From assembly GCF_001194135.2 (NCBI RefSeq), contig NC_068982.1, positions 136,144,960 to 136,208,959 on the forward strand: a DNA stretch of 64,000 bases, given 5' to 3'. The DNA comes from Octopus bimaculoides. Lineage: Eukaryota. Under the pieces are notes generated by a model, which was given only the letters and a program-made list of their open reading frames with translations, ran no database searches and was not told the DNA's origin. Shown in pieces: positions 11,920 to 23,781 of the stretch (its first letter is position 1; every line of letters begins with the position of its first letter). The translations under genes were made by a program, and so were the position numbers.

Positions 11920-13031
11920 GTTAGGATGGAGTTAAGTCATCGTGCCGTTTGCGAACGTAAGATCTTTGTACCACTTCATTGATGGCATCATAAAATATAT
12001 GTACTTCGCGTGTTGTGACATAAGTCTCACCTGGGAGCAAATGAATGAATGTTTTGCAATCGAATTAGAAAACTGACTTGTTCCTTTTGTTTTGTTTTTT
12101 GCAAACCATCGAATGCCACCCTGTTTACATGGAACTGATGAATAGTCGTGTAGAAATCAAGCATGGTCCTATTCTACATTTATTTTGTTGTAAAGCACTT
12201 TGGAGATAAGGTTATAAATTACCGGCACATAAGCGTAGATTTGTGAAGCTTAATAGATGAACTGTTTGTTGGTTCTAGGAGGTCTTTTCGGGACAACAGA
12301 CCTCACAGAAATAAGGAACAATATGACCTACAGTGAGAAAATATGTAATTACTTCTACTGGATATTTGAGAAGACTGCTGTATGTAGACATAGTCTTGTA
12401 GTCTTAAGTGTCTAGTGACAATTACCAAAGCGTTTTTAGGTTCTTGTCAGGATTTATCCAGTTTTGGAAGCTGTTTCAAGAAAGTCTAAGCTCAGATTGG
12501 AAGAGATTTGTTGTTAGTATTTCTATAGTCGCTGCTTATTCTTCTAAATAGCTATTGCTTTTAATATTCTTGACTTTGAGGTACTGATTAGGAATGAAAT
12601 GTATCCACATTTTAAACTGCATAAAAAGGACAGAATAGCAGTACATGCTTCAGGCAGACTACGAAGCGTTATATTTCAGGATCAAGATGACAGCCCTTCC
12701 ATGTTCTTTATAACACAACGGCTGCTGTAGGATTATTGTGGAATTTACAGCTGTCAGTAATCTATAGAAGAGAAGTACCCTAGAAGTGTGTAATCAGGAA
12801 AAGCGATAAACAGGTCAACGCAGGTGGACATAAAACTTTTTTGTATGAATATCTTCTTTTTGTACAGGGTGTATTATCAGGTAAACTTACTTAAAATCAG
12901 TAATTTCGACACTATGAAGAGATAATTATTTCACGTACCTAAGTAGATAGCAGTATGTGGGTGAGTGGTGAGATATTTTGTCGGCAACCACATACCTTCG
13001 GCTTCAGATCCACATCGGGGTACGGAGAATT
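11920..13031 (-). CDS. Candidate small exons of an unidentified gene or pseudogene (13,031-12,939; 12,327-12,223; 12,030-11,920)
   Basis: Pyrimidine-rich AG acceptors and GT donors, compatible phase-1 junctions, protein-like translations; the middle exon has one in-frame TAG and no homology is recognised. Confidence 0.2.
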
Positions 13032-13124
13032 CTGAAACAAAAAAACAAAAAAACATTGCAATTTATAAATCTGTAATTCATCCAATTATATACATTGTAC
13101 TGACGTTCCCGGCACTATTTGATT

Positions 13125-13280
13125 TTCTATTCACTTGGCTGTAAAGCTCCACACATCTTTTAACATTAACTGTTTTCTCCTCAGGATCGATAAAATAAGT
13201 ACCAGTTCAGCATTGGGTCGAGGTATTTAAAATACCCCTGCCGAAATTGCTGGTCTTCTGTTAAAATTTAAAACACTTAT
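13125..13280 (+). mobile_element. SINE type A fragment
   Basis: GGATCGATAAAATAAGTACCAGTTCAGCATTGGGTCGA core and GAAATTGCTGG tail. Confidence 0.45.
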
Positions 13281-13299
13281 TACCATAATTATGAGGCTT

Positions 13300-14277
13300 T
13301 CTTCTTTCAGTTGTATTTCTGTTTGCTGCCGAGTGTCTTCCCGAATCCAAGGAAAAGAAAATCCAGTGTATACATTGATACACCACTAAACACACATCAG
13401 ACTTGTCCTTTGTAAGCATTGGTATGTTAGATTTTGTTCAATGTCTGACTTGAACAGGCACTTAGGGTATTTTCCGTGCAGGAGTTTATCTTTCCAGTTG
13501 TCTTCGATATTATTCATGCAATCCTTCTTTGATTTTTGTTTGATGTCTTTTGCATGAATGAAATCTTGTTTATCTGATTATTGGATCTCGTTTATCTGAT
13601 TATTAATTTCTAAATCAGGAGAAACAATGGTAGATCTATCATTATTTGGGTGTTTTGGGATATTCTTATTGTTAACTTGTGTGCAAAAGACTTTTTAAAT
13701 TTCTTACTAAGCTTCATGACTGAAGCTTGTTTGGAATTTTCATGTTTCAGTGCAGTTCGTAAGACCACATCACATGTATTAAGGTACGTTTCAAGGCCTA
13801 TTATTGCTGATTTGAAGGATTGTTTGGGTTGTATCAGGCCTCTTCTACCTATTTTTCCTGGAAGATAAAGCCTGTCTACATCTGATTTTTTTTTAGTTGG
13901 TGCATTCGGTACCTTGTAAGGATTTTACGGAACCATATTCTGCGTGTTAGTCGGACTCCACTTAATGACACCGAAGCAATAGGTGGTTACTGGTATGGCC
14001 AAACAATTCATCACATTCACTCTTTTAGCAGCATTTAATTCTGAGTTTAGGAACATCACTTACCTTTCGTTAGCATCCTTTGCGAATTTTCTCTTTCATT
14101 TTAGAGTGCTGGACACCATCACCTGGATTGCTTCCTAGGTATTTGTATACTTCGGATTTGTCTAAGTTTCGAATAGCTGTAGTTTTATGATTTCTGCCTC
14201 TATGAACTTCCCTGCCTTGAAAGTAGCCTTTGCACATTTATTTATCAAGACCGGATTCTATACCTATAGCAGAGCTT
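13300..14277 (-). mobile_element. R4/Dong-type LINE fragment (post-RT region), decayed
   Basis: Minus strand LNSELNAAKRVNVMNCLAIPVTTYCFGVIKW and SDVDRLYLPGKIGRRGLIQ, motifs of RLE-bearing LINEs; stops and frameshifts present. Confidence 0.8.
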
Positions 14278-14324
<47 letters not shown>

Positions 14325-14378
14325 TATCACTATTATTATTATTATTATTATTATTATTATCATTATTATTATTATTAA
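14278..14378. repeat. Compound (CAT)n/(TAT)n microsatellite
   Basis: Direct reading. Confidence 0.95.
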
Positions 14379-15313
14379 TTAGATATATATATATATATAT
14401 AGACTTTATGATATGTTTGTACATATCAATATTTACACATATAACTTGTAGTCATATGTATATGGATACGTGCACACCCACATATACGTGTATCTTTATA
14501 TCTTATCGCCCCTGTACACGCATGTATATATACCTTGTATACATACATACATTCACACATACACACGAATATACATACGCGCATACAGCGTATGTATGCA
14601 CGCTGGGTCTAAAAATATTGGTTGCCAGGAGACTAAGGTGACCCATCCGCAACTACAATGCTATCATTTAATTTTTTTTTTTTTTTTGGAAGTATTCTTT
14701 TCAGCTGTCTACAAACACAATAAGGCTGAAATAATTTATGCATTCTACTAGCAGTGAATATAAAATTCTCAAACTTCAGGGGATGGGACCCTTAGATACT
14801 AACATGGGCCCCCATATATGGATTTTAATGGCGCAGGGGCCCACTTTCCATCGTGTACCCATACATACTAATACACAATGTGAATTCACATGATGTCAAT
14901 GCATTGAAATCTCTACCACAATATATCAGTAATATATTAACACTTCTGCTGAACCTCGACTAGCATTAAGACTACATTGTGCAGTATCATATATCGTCTT
15001 TATATTTCCATTAAACCACCACCTTCTGCGAATATCACTTATATTGTGAAATCTAGTTTCGCCGATATAGTCATGAGTGTTATACAATTACTGTATGTAA
15101 CATTACGTTTTTACTTCCATTAAACCTCACTCACCGTTCATAAAACACAAAATAATATTACACCCCCTTCAATAATACACACTTTCAATATAAGTAGTAT
15201 ATACACAGGCCTCTACCTCTGTCCATGTATATTTATATATCTAGCTAGCTACGTAGTTTTCAATTTATCCGTCTGTGTGGTTAGCTTCCTCTGTGTGTCA
15301 ATTTGTGATGAGT

Positions 15314-15370
<57 letters not shown>

Positions 15371-15939
15371 GTATGTGTACATGTGTATATGTGTATGAAT
15401 GTGTACATGTGTATGTATGCATGTATATATATACACATATACATATGTATGTATATGTGTATGTGTGTGTGTGTATGTATATGTGTGTGGTCATATATAT
15501 CGGTCTAATAGTGTAGCTATTTCCCGTGTCATTAAATGTATATTCGCGCTTGCATGTGTACATACGCATACACATATATACACACATATATGCCAATGGC
15601 AAAAAAGAAAGATATTTTTTCCGTCAGTCGTCCCAAATTAATGATGTTATCATAAAATCTTTCTTCGTTTTGTAAAAACAACTGTGCAACCGCATCTCTC
15701 ACTAACCAAATTATGTTTTTTTTCTTCAAACTTTCCACAACCGCAGCAGTAACGTGTTTTATTAACTCTCCTTCCGAACACAGCCAGTGAATATATTACA
15801 TATGTATGTTCAGTTAACCACTAGTCAGGGTCTGCTTCACGTACTCGGCAAACTATCTGATCACTAAGTGTGATAAAATCTGTGAGTGGAGTCAGAAATT
15901 GTAAACAATTTAAGATTTCTTGATACCATAAAAATGTAA

Positions 15940-15943
<4 letters not shown>

Positions 15944-16003
<60 letters not shown>

Positions 16004-16049
16004 GTAATAATAACAAGAAGAAGAAGAATGATAATGATAATAATAATAA
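15944..16049. repeat. (AAT)n microsatellite with (AAG)n interruption
   Basis: Direct reading. Confidence 0.95.
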
Positions 16050-16680
16050 AACAAAATGAAATCATTGAACATGTTGTCTTCATGTGCAGTCTTCTTGCGC
16101 CTAGAGAGTATCTCAACAAGCATGCCCCGTGGACCTGCCCCTTGATAAAAACTGGTGGGAACACAAATCATCTCAAGTGCTTGAAAATGATCACTCCCTT
16201 GGAAGTTCACCGTTCAAATTGACTGAAAGATAAATGTGAATACGTGAGACATTATATCGAAAGACCTCAGAAAAATATCATGCCTCCTCATTGATATGAC
16301 TGTCCCAATAGACATGAATATATCTGTCAAGTCCTACCAAAGACTGAGCAGAATAGACATTAGCAAAATGTGGAACGTCAAGACTAAAACAATACCTATT
16401 GTCATAGGTGTCATAGGAATGATAACAAAAAGGGCTGATTCTACCTAGCTCAGATACCAGGAAACCCCAAAATGGCAGAAATTCAAAAGATAATGTTCAT
16501 GCGAACTGCCCATATCCCACGTAAAATACTGTCTATGTAATCTCAAATTTTATAACAAACTAATAATTTTCTTATGTTTTCTTAAACATTCTCTAGAACA
16601 ATGCTATGTGCAAAACCAAATACATGACACCCTAGGCAAAACACCAACATGAACGTCTAACAAGTTGTCTCTTAGCCATG
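16050..16680 (+). mobile_element. R4/Dong-type LINE 3' fragment (zinc-knuckle remnant, RLE end, 3' UTR)
   Basis: NEIIEHVVFMCSLLAPREYLNKH and KTKTIPIVIGVIGMITKRADSYLAQIPGNPKMAEIQKI; ORF end and UTR align with the 30,362-30,710 copy. Confidence 0.8.
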
Positions 16681-16950
16681 TGTTGAGAGGAATTCTTTGG
16701 TGTTTGGATTATTTGCCTCTGGAAATATGGGTGTTTCGTTCAATATCTTTCAACAACCCTTATTCAGGGCCCTTTTGAGCGGGATGGGCTGCTCGACCTG
16801 ATGGAAATTCTAACTGGTCCCCACCTGCGAGGTCATGCGCTGTTTATCTTGATATGAGATCACCATGTCGCGCGCATATGGTTGTAATACATGTGCCTAG
16901 TGTACTCTCATCAGACGAGTAGTCATGATGGCATGCAGTGCTCTCTCCTT

Positions 16951-16981
<31 letters not shown>

Positions 16982-17019
16982 AAGAAGAAGAAGACGAAGA
17001 AGAAGAAAAAGAATAATAA

Positions 17020-17265
17020 CAATGGAAATAGTAGTACCAAAAACTGTCGGAGCCCTGGAAACTTTGAGCAAAATTCTTGAGAAGTACATAATATAAATAG
17101 GGGCTGCAACAAGGGTGGAGCACTTGCAGAAAACAGCACTGCATGGAACCGCTTGAATACTCCGGATGGTGCTCGAAAAATAAAGGCTGTTACCTTAGTT
17201 CACTGGTAGTGAACAGCTCACACCATAGCACATCTCCAGCGTTAGGAACGGTGCAAAGACAATAA
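17020..17265 (+). mobile_element. R4/Dong-type LINE 3' end, second subfamily
   Basis: VPKTVGALETLSKILEKY..LQKTALHGTA*ILRMVLEK*, short UTR, then (TAA)n. Confidence 0.65.
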
Positions 17266-17327
17266 ATAATGATAATAATAATAATAACAAAACGACGCAA
17301 ACAATCACAGTAATACTCGTAAAGTGA

Positions 17328-17543
17328 AAGGGGGCGAACTGGAAGAAACGTTAGCACGTCAGGCGAAATGCTTAACGGTATTTCGTCTGTCTTTACGTTC
17401 TGAGTTCAAATTCAACTGAGGTCGACTTCGCCTTTCATTCTTTGGTGGTCGATAAATTAATTATCAGTTGAGTATGAGGATCGATCTAATCGACTTGCCG
17501 CCTCCCCAAAAATTTCGGGCCCCTGCCTAGAGTAGAAAAGAAT
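17328..17543 (+). mobile_element. SINE type A, short form
   Basis: Full head, core and tail; 16-bp TSD AATACTC(G/A)TAAAGTGA at 17,312-27 and 17,541-56. Confidence 0.85.
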
Positions 17544-18194
17544 ACTCATAAAGTGAGCAGAGGAGAGGTCATTTCTGCAATTGAGTGGAATGCATTGAAG
17601 GTTTTGCATGGTCAATAACAGAGATCAATAAACAAGAAATGTGTCCAAAATGTGTGTGAATTAAAGCTGTTGGGGTAATGAATGCCCGACACATGATGTT
17701 CTACATTCCAAATCGTTAATCTCATGCATTTAATCATATAACCAAAAGATGCTTATATCTCTTGACAGTGGTATCATTGTAATATTTTATTCTTTAATTC
17801 TTTTTACCACCGTAAATATATTATCGTGAATTATACGTTTGTTTTTTGATTCAAAACCTATTTTGTTCCTCGTGAGAGAAATTGTATATTGTGTATGGAA
17901 ATTTTATGTGAAGTTCACTACAGATATTTGTGATAGTAATAATTTTCTCTCTTCTGAACTAATAAAACTGCAGCATTTATAATTTATATATGAAATAAAA
18001 AGTAAGATAAATGATATACGAAAAATAATCTGCCTGTTCAACATAAAAAGAAAATTGCTTCAATATTTTGAATCGCCCATATCTCTTTAAACCCTAGAAT
18101 CAGCTGATAGTCATTTGCTAATGCACCTCCTCCCACACCCATACACACACTCACACACACGCAAATACACAAAAAAGCACACATATGTATATAC

Positions 18195-18228
<34 letters not shown>

Positions 18229-18269
18229 GTGCGTGCGTGCATATATTTGCAGTGATGTTATGCATATTA

Positions 18270-18400
18270 CTTACGAACCACATGGTTCCGGTTTCAGTCT
18301 CACTACGTAGCACCTTGGGCAAGTGTCTTCTACTATAGCCTCGGGCCGACCAAAGCCTTGTGAGTGAATTTGGTAGACGGAAACTGAAAGAAGTCCGTCG

Positions 18401-18437
<37 letters not shown>

Positions 18438-18680
18438 ATGTGTGTGTGTGTGTGTGTTTGTGTGTGTGTTTGTGTGTCTGTGTTTCACCTCCAACATCGC
18501 TTGACAACTGATGCTGGTGTATGTACGTCCCCGTAACTTAGCGGTTCGGCAAAAAGAGTTCGATAGAATAAGTACTAGGCTTACAAAGAATAAGTCCCGG
18601 GGTCAATTTGCTCGTCTAAAGATGGTGCTCTAGCATGGCCAAAGTCAAATGTCTGAAACAATTAAAAAAGAAAAAGAGTA
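18270..18680 (+). mobile_element. SINE type B
   Basis: Aligns with 9,838-10,352 including the internal microsatellite; the first bases of the head are missing. Confidence 0.85.
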
Positions 18681-18762
18681 TATGTACATATATATATGTA
18701 CGTATACACACAGACACACAAATATACACACACACACATATGCATATATGAATATACATACA

Positions 18763-18837
<75 letters not shown>

Positions 18838-19254
18838 AGCTGTAAAACCTATTTATAAATGTTCTAAAATCTACACAGCCTTGTTCTTTTTCTCTCATTA
18901 AGAAAAGTAAATCTTTATATCTATATATTCATGTATTTATAGATGTATATATGTTTGTATGCTTGTATGAATATATATTGCTACACATGAATAATAGAAA
19001 CTTCCAAATTAAGAAAATCCACATTCACCTGTGTATGAATGAAAAAATTCAGTGTCACGATGCCAGTTTATAAATCTGAAAGAAGTGTATCTCGAAATTT
19101 AAATCCTGGTCAACTGAAGTCAAGAATCTGATAGAATTTTGAATATTTTTATCGCTTGACTTACCTTAAGAAAGTTTGCTGCATATATTATGTGTACATA
19201 TGCTCAAAGTAGATTGGTCATAGCGAATGTATATAAAATAACAAGTTTAATGTA

Positions 19255-20182
19255 TTGGGTCATCCCATAAATTATGCGGTTTTTTTCAATTGCAAGAGCA
19301 AAAAGTCGTAGGGTGCGGGAAAGCAATCTGCATCAACTTGCTATAGTACCAGGTAGTAATTTTTGCATTGTCCTTATTGTTAGTGAAATTTTGATGAGTG
19401 CAGTTAGATTTTAACAGTTATTTCTTCAAATTTATAATGGAACTGACAAAGGGGCATATTCGGCATATTTTGCTTTATGCGTTTAATAAAGACAACAACG
19501 CAACGGAAAATGCGAGGAATATTAATGTAGTATATTGGGATCGGACAATAAGCGTAAGCTAGTGCAAACGGTAGTGCTAGAAATTCCGAGTCGGAAACTA
19601 CAGCCTAGAAAACGAGTGGCCTTCTTGAAGAACTGTAGAATTCAAAGAGGACGTCCAGCAAAACCTGGCGAAACAAAATCCTATCGTAACTGTTGAGGAA
19701 CTAGCAGGGAAGCTTGAATTTGATCATTCTGCCAGTCAGTCAAGTCAGCGTTAGAAGGAAAACGACCATCTTTGGTTTCAAAAAGAAAGGTGTTCTTCCA
19801 TCCAGATAATCCTCGGCTACATACAGTAAGGATTACATTCCAAAATCTTCAACAGTTTGAATGGGAAACGATGTCCCCCCACCCCATATTTACCGAATAT
19901 TGGACCATGTGATTATCATTTAATCCGTAGTTTTTAAAATCATTTGGATGGAAAAAATATGAATTTTGTAGACGAGGTCAGAACAGTACCGGAGGAATAT
20001 TTTTCATTACGGACAACTGAATTTTGGAAGAGGGACCTTGCACGTCTGCCTGATAGATGGAAGAACATTGTAGAAAATGAAGGAGAGTATATTTTAGATT
20101 TAAAATAAAAGAAATTTGTCTATCTTAATTTTGAAAAATTAAAGAAGTATAAAAAAACTGCATTATTTTGGGGATGACCCAA
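19255..20182 (+). mobile_element. mariner transposon, internally deleted, TIRs intact
   Basis: ~30-bp TIRs (TTGGGTCATCCCATAAATTATGCGGTTTTTT / TTGGGTCATCCCCAAAATAATGCAGTTTTTT), TA TSDs; MELTKGHIRHILLYAFNK HTH start, FFHPDNP and PPYLPNIGPCDYHL motifs; stops present. Confidence 0.92.
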
Positions 20183-20762
20183 TATAGGAAAATTTACAAA
20201 ATCTTCAGAACAATCGAAGGTACTTTATTAATTTTCTTATCTGTGTATGTGAGTGCGTTTGTGTATGTGTATGCGCCTGTATGCGCACAAGCGTGTGTGT
20301 GTATGTGTGTGCGCCTGTATGCACAAGAGCGTTTGTGTGTGTACTTCATTCATTTTATATATTCGACAATCTCTAGGTTAATCAGGAAATCGTTGCTCAC
20401 TTACTTTACCTGATTGCCTGATAAGTCGGGGTGGGGTGGGGTTATATAACGTATTACATAATGTAACTAATTTTTTTATGCTTACGTCAGCGTTAAAACA
20501 CTTAGTGAAACAATAAAACAATTGTACCAATACCAGGTAAGGCATTCGCCTATTGTTTTTGCTTTTTTTGTTTTTACGCCACTCTTAATGTTCATTTGGG
20601 TTCTTTCGAATACTGTATCAGTTACAGATCACCTGACAACAGTAACCATCATTTATCGATGCTTCCCCAACCAAGAGAATAGATTAATTAACTATCTGCA
20701 GTTTATGGATCCTTTGTAATTAACGGTTGAAATAAATAGAATTACAAAGATAGCGTGTAAAT

Positions 20763-20970
20763 ATTATTTTCTACTCTAGGCACAAGACCCGAAATTTTTC
20801 GGTAGGGGCCAGTCGATTAAATCGACCCCAGTACGCAACTGGTACTTAATTTATCGGCTCTTAAAGGATGAGAGGCAAAGTCGACCTCGGCGGAATTTGA
20901 ACTCAGAACGTAAAAACAGACGAAATATCGCTAAGCATTTCGCCCGGCGTGCTAACGTTTCTGCCACCTT
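20763..20970 (-). mobile_element. SINE type A, short form
   Basis: Reverse complement of the 17,328 copy. Confidence 0.85.
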
Positions 20971-21180
20971 ATTACAGTACGAAGCACTCTGGATAAAATA
21001 GTCGAAGACTGCCCGTGAGCCACGAACTTACATCCCCTGAAAACATGACATGCGTTCTATCGTTTACTTCGAGCTAGACCTTTCCAAAAAGAACTATTTC
21101 TCGCTCTCTCGAAGTTTCTACACTATTTTACTGACAATATGTATGTGTATATATATATATATATATATAGACACATAAGT

Positions 21181-21404
21181 AAAATGTGTGTTATGAGCAT
21201 AATAGGATATAATCCTATATAAACTGAACTAACAGTTGAAAAATGGAGAGGGAAAGATGTTAAAAGTGTTTATAAAGTTTTAATCCATACGATCGTATGG
21301 ATTAAAACTTATAAAAAACTTTTATCATCTTCTCTTCTCCATTTTTTAACTGTTAGTTGAGTTTATACAGGATTATATAGTATATATGCTCATAACACAC
21401 TTTT
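21181..21404. repeat. Loopless foldback (~112-bp arms), MITE-like
   Basis: Centre ATCCATACGATCGTATGGAT (axis 21,292/21,293); arms pair out to AAAATGTGTGTTATGAGCATA / TATGCTCATAACACACTTTT with scattered mismatches. Confidence 0.85.
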
Positions 21405-21533
21405 TATTTGTCATATTTACATATTTTAAATACTTGCAATAGCAAGCTACTACTTTGATATGAATAATCTTTATTAGTAATCTAACTATTTGGACTCCAC
21501 AAAAAGTTCACATTGTTCTACTTCAGATAAACC

Positions 21534-21573
<40 letters not shown>

Positions 21574-21756
21574 ACACACACACACACACACACACGTACA
21601 CACACACATGAACACACACACACGTACACACACACACGTACACACGAAGATATATATGTGTATATATGTATATATATATATATATATTTGTATATAGATA
21701 GATAGATAGATAGATTGACAAAGAGATAGATAAAAAGATAGATAGATAAACACATA

Positions 21757-21990
21757 GGCGACGAGCTGTCAGAATCGTTAGCACGCCGGGCAAAATGCTT
21801 AGCGGTATTTCGTCTGCCGTTACGTTCTGAGTTCAAATTCTGCTGAGGTCGACTTTGCCTTTTATCCTTTCGGGGTCGATAAATTAAGTGCCAGTTACGC
21901 ACTGGGGTCGATGTAATCAACTTAATCCCTTTGTCTGTCCTTGTTTGTCCCCTCTATGTTTAGCCCCTGAGGGCAATAAAGAAATAAGAT
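21757..21990 (+). mobile_element. SINE type A, first monomer only
   Basis: Head, core and TTAATCCCTTTGTCTGTCC..GCAATAAAGAAATAAG segment. Confidence 0.85.
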
Positions 21991-22877
21991 AGACAGATAG
22001 ATAAATGCATATAAATATTATATACATATGCAGAGATAGAAACCTGCATAGATACATAGATGCATACACACACGCGTGCTCGCACAGGCACATGCAAACA
22101 TCCACCCAATCACCCACCCACCACGCGCACACACACACACACTCACATGCACATTCACATATATCCTTCTTAAGCAAAAAAAAATAATAAATAGTTTCTG
22201 AGACGTTCTATAGCTAAATGAATTATTTGTATTTATTTTAAGGTATATTTTTGGTCTGCTGTTTCTTGTGTGAAAGTTACTAAATTTTAAATGTAAACGA
22301 TTATACAAATTTATGAGTTTGGTTTAAATATTTATATCTATCGAACAGTTATAAAATTCAAATAATATAATCTTTAAAATTCTTTCATATCTAATGAGAA
22401 CTTCGGATTAATCTCTGATTTAGAATTTCGCTTCTTATCTCGTGGAATATTAAAGAAATTAAGCATGACATATAAAAGCAGAAAAACAAGTTTCTGCATT
22501 TTGAATATTTATCCTACCATTAAAAATGAATGCTAATGCTCTGCTACTGGTTTCTTTTTAAGAAGCGGTAATCTTATTCTTTCTATGCAATTGAAAATTG
22601 ATGTGTTAGGAAAGTATTAGAAAAGCAAGAATGTTTCGAAATAAAATATAACATGTATTTTGATAACATCGAAAAATACGTTACATGTTAGGGACAATGG
22701 GAAACTAAAAGCGAAAATTACACAGATTATTGTACCCGCTTGGTGAAATGAATAACAAACACATGATGCCACATGCCTTTCTAAATATAACAATGATTGT
22801 TATACTAGAACATGGGTATTTATTTTTAAATCATAGCTCCATTTGTGTATATTTCTTTCGATCGGTTATATATATAT

Positions 22878-23781
22878 AATGTCCTGTACCCAGATATGCA
22901 CCTATATATACAGGTAGACGTAGGTATGCACATACCTGTACGTATATATGCATATACTCATTTATTATTTGTTTTTACATGACCAAACGGCAGCGTCATC
23001 ACTGTTGTAAGTAGTTATTTCAACTTTATATTTTCTGACGCGACTCTATCTCTTTCTCTATCACTTTTTCCCCCTCTCGCTCTTCCTCTGTTACGTATCT
23101 CTCTTTACCCCTCTCGTTCTTCCTTCTGTTACTACTATATCTCTCTCTTTCCCCCCTCGTACTTCCTTCTGTTACTACTATATTCCTCTCTTCCTCTCTT
23201 TCTCTCGTTGCTCACCTATTCTTCTACTTCCTCCCATTGTTTCTCCCTCTACCTCTCTCTGTCTCTCTCCCTTACCCCTGCATGGTCACATGCTTCCGGT
23301 CACTAATCCTTTTCTTCTTTGGCTATCGCCGAGCAAACACGCGAACTTACTTCGTCCCCACTTTCAAGTTCGTGCCTCACACCGTTCATATACACATAAT
23401 TTTTCACGTCTGGCCGCATGGCCTTTTCCGTTTGTTTTCCGTTTGTATTCCGGTCTTGTTTTCTTTTCCGTTTGTTTTCCTGTCTTGTTTTTTGTCCGTC
23501 ACTACATTCCTCCATGGCACAGGTTTAATTTGTGTATACAAATTTAATTTGCGGTCCATGGGAAGAGCCGTTTTAACGATTCGTCCTGCCCAACTCTTCG
23601 AAACGCCGGTGTTAAAACGGGGGTAGCTGATGAAGGAAAATGTTCTCTATGTGGCTTGTGTGTTTTCTGTACTGTGGTTATTATTATTTCTTGTCTACGT
23701 TTTGTTTGCAATGTCCTGTACCCAGATATGCACCTATATATACAGGTAGACGTAGGTATGCACATACTTGTACGTATATAT
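22878..23781 (+). mobile_element. 832-bp unit bounded by 72-bp direct repeats (Penelope pLTR- or retrozyme-like), runs into the gap
   Basis: 22,878-22,949 equals 23,710-23,781 with one mismatch; the unit contains a CT-rich tract, a CpG-richer segment and a hammerhead-like motif. Confidence 0.6.
23582..23637 (+). ncRNA. Candidate non-circularly permuted hammerhead ribozyme
   Basis: GTC (23,583-85), CTGCCC/GGGTAG stem I, GAAAC (23,600-04), CTGATGA (23,627-33); stem III ACG/CGT; stem II GGA/TTC; elements are in non-standard order. Confidence 0.5.

Noticed and set aside
12426-12616. Strong minus-strand acceptor and donor pair inside the candidate exon cluster
   Set aside because: All three frames contain stops, so it was left out of the exon model.
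16680-16950. GC-richer segment between two Dong fragments containing CTGATGA (minus strand), examined for hammerhead or HDV-like folds
   Set aside because: No GAAA partner with matching stems and no consistent HDV P1/P3 pairing were found; left unclassified.
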